39,578 bases of DNA from Escherichia phage mEp234: sequence record NC_019715.1, one strand, 5' to 3'. The translations under genes and the position numbers were made by a program. Each line of letters opens with the position of its first letter. The stretch's first letter is position 1. The notes below the pieces were generated by a model that ran no database searches, was not told where the DNA came from, and saw nothing but the letters and a program-made list of their open reading frames with translations. Shown here piece by piece: positions 25,995 to 34,345 of this stretch.

Positions 25995-26378
25995 TCACCT
26001 TGCTGTCAGTTGTTTTGATTTCCTGTAGCCTGCCGCGTAAAGAGCTACATTTGGAAGACATACACCAGTTTCTGGTTGCCTATGCCCAAACTCATTCGCG
26101 TACACAATGGCCGCTCTCTCCAGATTGCGTCTGTATTCTTTCTGTTGCCAGATCACGTCCTGTGCCATGAACTTAATTGGCTTAGCGTCTTCTATGCGCT
26201 CAGGCGTTTCGTGAGTACCTTTAGCCTGAATCTGCGCTCTGCTTAGAGTAGGGCGGTGTAATACTTCTGAACTTATTGCTTCTTCGCGGGCCAGTACGCC
26301 GTTAGCTAATGCCTTTGCCTTTAAACGCTCACGACGACGAGAACGTGAATTGCCTTTGAACTGAGTTCTGCGTGTCAT
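25995..26378 (-). CDS. N-like transcription antiterminator (P22 gene 24 type)
   Basis: 127 aa; arginine-rich motif near N-terminus (GNSRSRRRERLKAK); strong SD AGGAGGT; first gene downstream of PL with a boxB hairpin in its leader. Confidence 0.7.
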   Translation of the reverse strand: MTRRTQFKGNSRSRRRERLKAKALANGVLAREEAISSEVLHRPTLSRAQIQAKGTHETPERIEDAKPIKFMAQDVIWQQKEYRRNLERAAIVYANEFGHRQPETGVCLPNVALYAAGYRKSKQLTAR

Positions 26379-26543
26379 ATAGACCTCCTGATGAACTTTG
26401 GTGGTGTGGTAGGTGGGAGACCCATTTCGACCTGTTTCGGCCTACTTCAATTCGGCAATAGTCCCGCAGGCCTCGCCGCTTTACGTGCGACATATTCCCG
26501 TCCATGAACCCTTCACCACACCCCAAAGTTCACTTTGGTTATT

Positions 26544-26558
26544 GCGCTTTGTCAGCGC
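26544..26558 (-). promoter_or_regulatory. nutL boxB hairpin (P22 type)
   Basis: RNA GCGCU-GACAA-AGCGC in the PL leader; the GACAA loop is the P22-type boxB as recalled. Confidence 0.6.
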
Positions 26559-26622
26559 CGTAGATTCATCTCTGAATCGTTGTATATTCACCGCCCTGGT
26601 GAGTAGTGCGTCCTGCTGATGT

Positions 26623-26689
26623 GTTTAGTATCACCGCCAGTGGTATTTATGTCAACACCGCCAGAGATAATTTATCACCGCAGATGGTT
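26623..26689 (-). promoter_or_regulatory. PL promoter with operators OL1-OL3
   Basis: Minus strand -35 TTGACA (26650-26655), 17-bp spacer, -10 GATACT (26627-26632); 17-bp operators TATCACCGCCAGTGGTA (26629-26645), 26653-26669 and TATCACCGCAGATGGTT (26673-26689), matching lambda OL as recalled. Confidence 0.8.
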
Positions 26690-26840
26690 ATCTGTATGTT
26701 TTTTATATAGATTTATTTTTTTGCAGGGGTGTGTGGCTTGGGAGGTGATCGAGAGATCTGAATTGCGATGTTTAGTGAGTTGTATCTATTAATTTTCAAA
26801 TAAATACAATTGGTTATGTGTTTTGGGGCGAACGTGAGGC

Positions 26841-26867
26841 AAAGAAAACCCGGCGCGGTGGCCGGGT
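26841..26867 (-). terminator. Rho-independent terminator ending the cI-side accessory operon
   Basis: ACCCGGC-caccgc-GCCGGGT then TTTTCTTT on the minus strand, 7 nt after the stop of the 141-aa gene. Confidence 0.6.
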
Positions 26868-26873
26868 TGGAGA

Positions 26874-27299
26874 TTATTTTCTAGATGATGTTGGGGACCA
26901 AGGTAACGTTATAGTATCTAACACTGTGTTTTTGAACATATTTTCAAAAACTGTTTTTGTACATACATATACATAATTTTCAAAAAACCAAGCATTTTCA
27001 TTATAAAAATCCTCAGTTACTTCTTCATCGAGGTCACACTCAAATGTTAGTGTCAAGGTAGCCTCTGCCTTGAACAATACATCCTCACCATCATCAAAAT
27101 CTTTTTTATCGCGAGGGAAACCAGTTATCGATGGCTTAACTTCAATAAAGAGCCAATTTCCATCTTCATCTTTTTGAGGAACAACGTGATGCTCAGAAAA
27201 TTTTAAGCTATATTTTCCGCCTTCAGAATTATCACTGTCGTCGATAAAAAGGGAAGAACCCTCGAGATCAAATCCCTTAAAGCGAATTTTATCAAGCAT
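26874..27299 (-). CDS. acidic protein of unknown function, translationally coupled to hicB
   Basis: 141 aa from ATG 27297-27299, overlapping the hicB stop (TGATG); AT-rich coding sequence; no recognisable motif; the track ORF extends to an upstream TTG. Confidence 0.5.
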   Translation of the reverse strand: MLDKIRFKGFDLEGSSLFIDDSDNSEGGKYSLKFSEHHVVPQKDEDGNWLFIEVKPSITGFPRDKKDFDDGEDVLFKAEATLTLTFECDLDEEVTEDFYNENAWFFENYVYVCTKTVFENMFKNTVLDTITLPWSPTSSRK

Positions 27300-27772
27300 C
27301 AATGTGGCACTCCGTTGTCTACTGAAACTTCCCAATAGGTCTCTTCTGTACGTCTACGGGATGAGAAGAAAGTAACTTCTCTAACATCCCTCGGTTTTTC
27401 AAAGTGGTAGTGAACCTCTTTTTTCCCATTAACTGACTCACTGACAGCCTGTTTTACATAATCGTTTAAAGTCATATTCTTAGCTTTAGCAGCTAAATAT
27501 GCTTTTTTATGCAGGGATTCACCTATCCGGATGTTAAACGAACCACTCATTGTCTTATCTGGAGATTTTCCTATCTCTTCACAAGTGGAGAGGTAATCGT
27601 CCACGGCCTCCTCAAAGGCTGCACGGAGTTCTGCAACCGTTGCACCCTCATAAGTGACGAGATCATTTATACATTCGAGTTTTCCATGCATCACCCCATC
27701 TTCAAATGAAATGCTGGAGCTACCATAGTAACCTTTGTATTTCATCAAGTTATTCATGATCATCAATCTCAT
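27299..27772 (-). CDS. hicB: HicB-family antitoxin with C-terminal extension
   Basis: N-terminal MKYKGYYGS...DLVTYEGATVAEL...VDDYL (HicB fold), RHH-like IRIGESLHKKAYLAAKAKNMTLNDYV, then ~45 extra residues; four in-frame ATGs between 27745 and 27772. Confidence 0.7.
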   Translation of the reverse strand: MRLMIMNNLMKYKGYYGSSSISFEDGVMHGKLECINDLVTYEGATVAELRAAFEEAVDDYLSTCEEIGKSPDKTMSGSFNIRIGESLHKKAYLAAKAKNMTLNDYVKQAVSESVNGKKEVHYHFEKPRDVREVTFFSSRRRTEETYWEVSVDNGVPH

Positions 27773-28004
27773 CTAACAGCTGTTTAACTTCTTCCAAGAC
27801 GTACCTTTTGAGGGTGTTTTCAGGATGAGGCTCATGAAAAATGACCAATCTATCAACACGTTGGTTGTAAAATTTACGGCCAGAACCTCGTTTAGCATTC
27901 AAAAGCTTGAAGCCATACTGGTTCATGAGAGTAACGAACTCATCCCAAGTAAAATTTTTGGGTAAGCCGTCTAACTTTGACTTTAGCTTTTCCTTTCTTC
28001 CCAC
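27750..28004 (-). CDS. hicA: HicA/YcfA-family toxin-like protein
   Basis: 84 aa (GTG start); ...FKLLNAKRGSGRKFYNQRVDRLVIFHEPHPENTLKRYVLEEVKQL matches the HicA fold pattern as recalled; directly upstream of hicB. Confidence 0.65.
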   Translation of the reverse strand: MGRKEKLKSKLDGLPKNFTWDEFVTLMNQYGFKLLNAKRGSGRKFYNQRVDRLVIFHEPHPENTLKRYVLEEVKQLLDEIDDHE

Positions 28005-28164
28005 GAAGGATACATCCTCTGTTAAAGGTAGTGCAACTGAAATCTAGTTGCAAGCTATGCTATCTATAGACAAAATGTTTCATTGTTATATCAGAAGATA
28101 CCCGATCTGTTTCACCTTCAACTACTATAATTTGTTATAAGCTATCAACCGGTGGAACTGCGAA

Positions 28165-28263
28165 TTAGCCGCTGGGTGTTGCGTATCCATCGATGATAAA
28201 CCATGCCATAAACCCCATAGCTACGATGAACACCAAGATCGGAAACACTATACCAATTCTCAT
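28165..28263 (-). CDS. 32-aa hydrophobic peptide ORF (candidate small membrane protein)
   Basis: MRIGIVFPILVFIVAMGFMAWFIIDGYATPSG, ATG 28261-28263 with GGGAT upstream; lies in the 363-bp AT-rich spacer between cI and hicA; translated by hand. Confidence 0.3.
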   Translation of the reverse strand: MRIGIVFPILVFIVAMGFMAWFIIDGYATPSG

Positions 28264-28367
28264 GATTTTATCCCTGTCTACCCATGCTTCCTGGGCACCA
28301 GCGGCTCGTTACTCGGCATCACCCTTAATCCGCCGCCCCATGTGTTTGTTGTGATCCGTTGCTGGCC

Positions 28368-29084
<717 letters not shown>

Positions 29085-29091
29085 TTAAATC

Positions 29092-29157
29092 TATCACCGC
29101 AAGGGATAAATATCTAACACCGTGCGTGTTGACTATTTTACCTCTAGCGGTGATAAT
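29092..29157. promoter_or_regulatory. OR3-OR2-OR1 with PRM (leftward) and PR (rightward)
   Basis: OR3 TATCACCGCAAGGGATA (29092-29108), OR2 TAACACCGTGCGTGTTG (29115-29131), OR1 TACCTCTAGCGGTGATA (29139-29155); PR -35 TTGACT 29129-29134 and -10 GATAAT 29152-29157. Confidence 0.85.
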
Positions 29158-29172
29158 GGTTGCATGTACTAA

Positions 29173-29382
<210 letters not shown>

Positions 29383-29389
29383 GTAACAC

Positions 29390-29435
29390 CGCTCTTTTCA
29401 CAATGGACATTCGTCCTACGTCGCTGACAAAGCGA
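29390..29435 (+). promoter_or_regulatory. nutR (boxA plus boxB)
   Basis: boxA-like CGCTCTTTTCA (29390-29400) and boxB hairpin TCGCT-GACAA-AGCGA (29421-29435) just downstream of cro; the loop matches nutL. Confidence 0.6.
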
Positions 29436-29520
29436 GTCCCAATATATCTGACCAACTAAGGCCATATGCGTTTCCACGCATACCTTTCAACTAACTATTC
29501 ACTATTGGAAATCTTAAGAA

Positions 29521-29817
29521 ATGGAAAGAACAAGTTACAGCAAACTATCACAGCGTGACGTTGATCGCGCAGAAACAGATTTACTCATCAACCTGTCAAC
29601 GCTTACCCAGCGCGGTCTGGCAAAGATGATTGGCTGTCATGAATCGAAGATAAGCAGAACGGACTGGAGATTTATTGCTTCGGTCTTGTGTGCTTTTGGA
29701 ATGGCATCAGACATCAGTCCGATTAGCAGGGCTTTTAAGTATGCGCTTGATGAAATCACAAAGAAAAAATCCCCGGCCGCCACCGAGGATTTTAAGCAAA
29801 TTGATATGCAATTCTGA
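29521..29817 (+). CDS. cII: CII-like transcriptional activator
   Basis: 98 aa; HTH region and C-terminus ...KKKSPAATEDFKQIDMQF parallel lambda CII (...KKRPAATERSEQIQMEF) as recalled. Confidence 0.7.
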   Translation: MERTSYSKLSQRDVDRAETDLLINLSTLTQRGLAKMIGCHESKISRTDWRFIASVLCAFGMASDISPISRAFKYALDEITKKKSPAATEDFKQIDMQF

Positions 29818-29849
29818 GGGAATTACTGGATCAATCCACAGGAGTAATT

Positions 29850-30011
29850 ATGACAAAACGTCGTAAGAAATACCAGGAAAAAGAAGAGATTCGACACCCT
29901 GATTCACCTGAGGGATTAGTGGTAGCCGCAGCAAATAACAGGGCGTTCGCAGAGCGCCTTGTTGGTGTTTACAGACTAGCCAAAGCAGGAGTGAAGCATG
30001 GGCGTCGTTAA
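29850..30011 (+). CDS. small basic protein ORF between cII and the replication gene
   Basis: 53 aa (MTKRRKKYQEKEEIRHPDSPEG...), SD GGAG 6 nt upstream; overlaps the start of the next gene by 14 nt; translated by hand. Confidence 0.3.
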   Translation: MTKRRKKYQEKEEIRHPDSPEGLVVAAANNRAFAERLVGVYRLAKAGVKHGRR

Positions 30012-30888
30012 GTTAGCTGATTACAGGCATAACCCTGTACAACATCAGGAGGCATCCAGTATGGGGTATGTCTCTATACACCGCCAGTTTATGGACAGCA
30101 GGCTCTATAAGGACTCTCAGGCAGTACATCTTTGGCTTCACTTAATCCTCAAGGCTAATCACGAATCTACTGTCGTCAATACGGATATCGGTCCGATAAC
30201 TGTTGATCGCGGTCAGATGATAACTGGACGCCCGTCGCTGGTCAGAGAAACATTCATCCCCGACAACAAAGTTCGGAGCTTATTACGGACTTTTGAGTCG
30301 AAAGGGATGCTTAATATTTGCTCGATGGGGAAGAAATTTAGCCTGTTTACAATCGTTAAATATGACGATTTTCAGGCAAAAAATTGTCCAACGGTTGTCC
30401 AACGGTTGTCCAACGCAAACACCAGTAATGGCGCGGATCTCAGCGGAGATTGTCCAACGGTTGTCCAACGGTTGTCCATAAACAATAATATAAATAATAT
30501 CTCTAATACTGACGTATTAGAGAGTGCCACAGCAGACAAAAAGTCTGACAAGAAAAAACCTTCCGTTAGCTGTCAGGATGTTGTCGATGCTTACCACGAA
30601 ATCCTTCCTGAAGCGCCAAGAATCCGCGCACTGAATGACAAGCGTAAAAACCAGATCCGAACGTTCTGGCGCAAAGCCGGAGTGATAACCCGTCAGCTTG
30701 ACGGGCATGGGTTCACGATGCAGGACTGGAGAAATTATTTGAGCTACGTAGGCGAAAATTGCCGATGGATGTTCGAAGAGCGCCCAAACCATCAACGCGG
30801 AACCGTCTGGCACAAAAAGGGATTTGATTTCCTGCTTAACGATAATACCTACCTGAAAGTTCGTGAGGGTGAACACGATGACCGATAA
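29998..30888 (+). CDS. replication initiator (O-type) containing ori iterons
   Basis: 296 aa, SD GGAG; the coding sequence carries six 11-bp iterons, giving the repeated peptide CPTVVQRLS; precedes the helicase gene. Confidence 0.7.
   Translation: MGVVKLADYRHNPVQHQEASSMGYVSIHRQFMDSRLYKDSQAVHLWLHLILKANHESTVVNTDIGPITVDRGQMITGRPSLVRETFIPDNKVRSLLRTFESKGMLNICSMGKKFSLFTIVKYDDFQAKNCPTVVQRLSNANTSNGADLSGDCPTVVQRLSINNNINNISNTDVLESATADKKSDKKKPSVSCQDVVDAYHEILPEAPRIRALNDKRKNQIRTFWRKAGVITRQLDGHGFTMQDWRNYLSYVGENCRWMFEERPNHQRGTVWHKKGFDFLLNDNTYLKVREGEHDDR
30384..30480 (+). repeat. origin iterons (6 x TTGTCCAACGG in two clusters)
   Basis: Direct repeats at 30384-30394, 30395-30405, 30406-30416 and 30450-30460, 30461-30471, 30472-30480, with a 33-bp spacer. 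Confidence 0.8.
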
Positions 30889-32314
30889 TTTTTATGCGCC
30901 GCCCCATAGTATCGAGGCAGAGCAGGCGGTGATTGGTGGATTGCTTCTGGATGATGACAGCAGTGAGCGCGTCCAGAAAGTTCTGGCGATACTGAAGCCT
31001 GATTCATTTTACAGCCGACCACACAAAATCCTTTTCGAAGAAATAACCAGAATGCACCGGGAGCAAAAGCCAGTAGATGGGCTGACGCTTTTCGATGAAC
31101 TGGAGCGCAAATCGTTAACGGCGTCTGTTGGCGGTTTTGCTTATATCGCTGAGATCGCAAAGAACACGCCAAGCGCAGCAAACATCGTTGCCTATGCAAT
31201 GCAGGTTCGTGAAACCGCAATGGAACGCTACGCCATCAACCGCATGACTGAAGCGACGGAATTGCTCTATTCCCGCAACGGAATGACTGCAACGCAGAAG
31301 TACGAAGCTATTCAGTCGATTTTCACGCAACTGACAGACCATGCAAAAACCGGATCGCGTCGCGGCCTTCGCTCATTTGGTGAGGTCATGGAAGACTGGG
31401 TTAGCGACCTTGAGAAGCGATTTGACCCGTCAGGCGAACAACGAGGAATGAGCACAGGGATCCCATCGTTGGACAGGATGCTGTCACCGAAAGGTCTGGT
31501 AAAAGGCTCTCTGTTTGTCATTGGCGCTCGCCCTAAGATGGGGAAAACGACGCTATACAGCCAGATGGCAATCAACTGCGCAGTGCATGAGAAAAAGCCC
31601 GCTCTGATGTTCAGCCTTGAAATGCCAGGTGACCAGATACTGGAAAAACTGGTGGGACAGAAGTCAGGTGTTAACCCGAATATTTTTTACCTTCCGGCGA
31701 CAAATGACGCTGATGACGGCTATCAGGGTGATTACGATGGTGACTTCAACAGGGCGATCGAGACAGCCAATCGCTTGAGTGAAATCGACCTGCTTTACAT
31801 CGACGACACGCCGGGATTATCTCTGGCTCAAATCGTCAGCGAAAGCCGTCGAATCAAACGAGAAAAAGGATGCGTTGGCATGATTCTGGTCGATTACCTG
31901 ACGCTAATGACCGCTGAAAAGGCCGATCGCAACGACCTTGCATACGGCATGATCACCAAAGGACTGAAGAACCTTGCCAAAGAGCTTGATTGCGTTGTTG
32001 TGCTTCTGACACAGCTTAACCGCGCATTGGAAAGCCGAACCAATAAACGCCCATTACCATGTGACTCGCGCGATACAGGGCAGATTGAACAGGATTGCGA
32101 TTATTGGGTGGGGATCCATCGGGAAGGTGCTTTTGATGACAGTGTTCCACCTGGTGAAACCGAACTAATCCTTCGTCTCAACCGTCATGGCAATACCGGC
32201 ACGGTGTATTGCATTCAGGCAAATGGCGCTATTTATGACACAGACCAACAGTCTGCTGAAATGCGCCGCCGTGAACGCGAGGAACCGCAATCCAAGAAGA
32301 AAGGAGGATTCTGA
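30878..32314 (+). CDS. replicative DNA helicase (DnaB-like)
   Basis: About 480 aa; N-terminal DnaB-like domain, Walker A (GARPKMGKT), Walker B (ILVDYLTLM); ATG 30878 with GAGGGTG upstream (track starts at GTG 30863). Confidence 0.85.
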   Translation: MTDNFYAPPHSIEAEQAVIGGLLLDDDSSERVQKVLAILKPDSFYSRPHKILFEEITRMHREQKPVDGLTLFDELERKSLTASVGGFAYIAEIAKNTPSAANIVAYAMQVRETAMERYAINRMTEATELLYSRNGMTATQKYEAIQSIFTQLTDHAKTGSRRGLRSFGEVMEDWVSDLEKRFDPSGEQRGMSTGIPSLDRMLSPKGLVKGSLFVIGARPKMGKTTLYSQMAINCAVHEKKPALMFSLEMPGDQILEKLVGQKSGVNPNIFYLPATNDADDGYQGDYDGDFNRAIETANRLSEIDLLYIDDTPGLSLAQIVSESRRIKREKGCVGMILVDYLTLMTAEKADRNDLAYGMITKGLKNLAKELDCVVVLLTQLNRALESRTNKRPLPCDSRDTGQIEQDCDYWVGIHREGAFDDSVPPGETELILRLNRHGNTGTVYCIQANGAIYDTDQQSAEMRRREREEPQSKKKGGF

Positions 32315-32394
32315 TGACCATCTACATCACTGAGCTAATAACAGGCCTGCTGGTAATCGCAGGCCTTTTTATTTGGGGGAGAGGGAAGTCATGA
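32314..32394 (+). CDS. 26-aa hydrophobic peptide ORF (uncertain)
   Basis: [26 protein letters not shown]; ATG overlaps the helicase stop (TGATG) with a strong SD AAGGAGG 6 nt upstream; ends overlapping the ninB start. Confidence 0.2.
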   Translation: MTIYITELITGLLVIAGLFIWGRGKS

Positions 32395-32831
32395 AAAAAC
32401 TAACCTTTGAAATTCGATCTCCGGCACATCAGCAAAACGCTATTCACGCGGTACAGCAAATTCTTCCAGACCCAACCAAACCAATCGTAGTAACCATTCA
32501 GGAACGCAACCGCAGCTTAGACCAAAACAGGAAGCTATGGGCCTGCTTAGGTGACGTCTCTCGTCAGGTTGAATGGCATGGTCGCTGGCTGGATGCAGAA
32601 AGCTGGAAGTGTGTTTTTACAGCAGCATTAAAGCAGCAGGACGTTGTTCCTAACCTTGCCGGGAATGGCTTTGTGGTAATAGGCCAGTCAACCAGCAGGA
32701 TGCGTGTAAGCGAATTTGCGGAGTTATTAGAGCTTATACAGGCATTCGGTACAGAGCGTGGCGTTAAGTGGTCAGACGAAGCGCGACTGGCTCTGGAGTG
32801 GAAAGCGAGATGGGGAGACAAGGCTGCATGA
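32391..32831 (+). CDS. ninB: NinB recombination protein
   Basis: 146 aa [56 protein letters not shown]..., matching lambda NinB as recalled. Confidence 0.9.
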   Translation: MKKLTFEIRSPAHQQNAIHAVQQILPDPTKPIVVTIQERNRSLDQNRKLWACLGDVSRQVEWHGRWLDAESWKCVFTAALKQQDVVPNLAGNGFVVIGQSTSRMRVSEFAELLELIQAFGTERGVKWSDEARLALEWKARWGDKAA

Positions 32832-33004
32832 GACGACAGCGACGAAGTATCACCGACATCATCTGTGAAAACTGCAAATACCTTCCAACGAAACGCTCCA
32901 GAAATAAACGCAAGCCAATCCCAAAAGAATCTGACGTAAAAACCTTCAACTACACGGCTCACCTGTGGGATATCCGGTGGCTAAGACATCGTGCGAGGAA
33001 ATGA
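32828..33004 (+). CDS. ninD: NinD
   Basis: 58 aa [22 protein letters not shown]..., matching lambda NinD as recalled; start overlaps the ninB stop (ATGA). Confidence 0.85.
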   Translation: MRRQRRSITDIICENCKYLPTKRSRNKRKPIPKESDVKTFNYTAHLWDIRWLRHRARK

Positions 33005-33006
33005 CA

Positions 33007-33369
33007 ATGGATTATTCACAGTTAAGTGATTTTGAAATTAACAAGCGAGTGGCAATTTGCTGTGGATTTGCTCCCGAAGATTGCGAAATCGCAAAGTTGG
33101 GAACATCAATCGTTGGTGTTGAGTGGGATGACGAAACTGGTTATGCAATAAAAACGGTTGATTACTGTAAAAGACCATCAGACGCATGGCCGATTATCAC
33201 TGAAAACAACATCAGCATAATTTTAGACAATCCCTCAATGCCGTGCGCTACAGACAACGCAAGGGACTTGTTTGATGATGCCGGACCGAATGTTGGTGTC
33301 GCATATGACAATCCACTCCGTGCCGCCATGATTGTCTTTCTCATGATTCAGGACGCCAATAATGCTTAG
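33007..33369 (+). CDS. hypothetical nin-region protein (ninE position)
   Basis: 120 aa from ATG 33007 (SD GAGG 8 nt upstream); AT-rich; no lambda counterpart recognised. Confidence 0.5.
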   Translation: MDYSQLSDFEINKRVAICCGFAPEDCEIAKLGTSIVGVEWDDETGYAIKTVDYCKRPSDAWPIITENNISIILDNPSMPCATDNARDLFDDAGPNVGVAYDNPLRAAMIVFLMIQDANNA

Positions 33370-33538
33370 CCCATCCCAATCCCTTCAATACCAGAAAGAA
33401 AGCGTCGAGCGGGCATTAACGTGCGCTAACTGCGGTCAGAAGTTGCATGTGCTGGAAGTTCACGTGTGTGAGCACTGCTGCGCAGAACTGATGAGCGATC
33501 CGAATAGCTCAATGTACGAGGAAGAAGACGATGGCTAA
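33362..33538 (+). CDS. ninF: NinF
   Basis: 58 aa [40 protein letters not shown]..., matching lambda NinF as recalled; translated by hand. Confidence 0.8.
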   Translation: MLSPSQSLQYQKESVERALTCANCGQKLHVLEVHVCEHCCAELMSDPNSSMYEEEDDG

Positions 33539-34142
33539 ACCAGCGCGAAGACGATGTAAAAACGATGAATGTCGGGAATGGTTTCACCCTGCATTCGCCA
33601 ATCAGTGGTGGTGCTCTCCAGAGTGTGGAACCAAGATAGCACTCGAACGACGAAGTAAAGAACGCGAAAAAGCGGAAAAAGCAGCAGAGAAGAAACGACG
33701 ACGAGAGGAGCAGAAACAGAAAGATAAACTTAAGATTCGAAAACTCGCCTTAAAGCCCCGCAGTTACTGGATTAAACAAGCCCAACAAGCCGTAAACGCC
33801 TTCATCAGAGAAAGAGACCGCGACTTACCATGTATCTCGTGCGGAACGCTCACGTCTGCTCAGTGGGATGCCGGACATTACCGGACAACTGCTGCGGCAC
33901 CTCAACTCCGATTTGATGAACGCAATATTCACAAGCAATGCGTGGTGTGCAACCAGCACAAAAGCGGAAATCTCGTTCCGTATCGCGTCGAACTGATTAA
34001 TCGCATCGGGCAGGAAGCAGTAGACGAAATCGAATCAAACCATAACCGCCATCGCTGGACTGTCGAAGAGTGCAGGGCCATCAAGGCGGAGTATCAGCAG
34101 AAACTCAAAGACCTGCGAAATAGCAGAAGTGAGGCCGCATGA
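33531..34142 (+). CDS. ninG: NinG (Rap-like recombination protein)
   Basis: 203 aa [35 protein letters not shown]..., matching lambda NinG as recalled. Confidence 0.9.
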   Translation: MAKPARRRCKNDECREWFHPAFANQWWCSPECGTKIALERRSKEREKAEKAAEKKRRREEQKQKDKLKIRKLALKPRSYWIKQAQQAVNAFIRERDRDLPCISCGTLTSAQWDAGHYRTTAAAPQLRFDERNIHKQCVVCNQHKSGNLVPYRVELINRIGQEAVDEIESNHNRHRWTVEECRAIKAEYQQKLKDLRNSRSEAA

Positions 34143-34345
34143 CGTTCTCAGTAAAAACCATTCCAGACATGCTCGTTGAAGCATACGGAAACCAGACAGA
34201 AGTAGCACGCAGACTGAAATGTAGTCGCGGTACGGTCAGAAAATACGTTGATGATAAAGACGGGAAAATGCACGCCATCGTCAACGACGTTCTCATGGTT
34301 CATCGCGGATGGAGTGAAAGAGATGCGCTATTACGAAAAAATTGA
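34139..34345 (+). CDS. ninH: NinH
   Basis: 68 aa [37 protein letters not shown]... (Fis-like HTH), matching lambda NinH as recalled. Confidence 0.85.
   Translation: MTFSVKTIPDMLVEAYGNQTEVARRLKCSRGTVRKYVDDKDGKMHAIVNDVLMVHRGWSERDALLRKN

Noticed and set aside
30384-30480. Tandem TTGTCCAACGG repeats considered as a CRISPR-like array
   Set aside because: Units are 11 bp with no spacers, lie inside a replication initiator gene and fit origin iterons.
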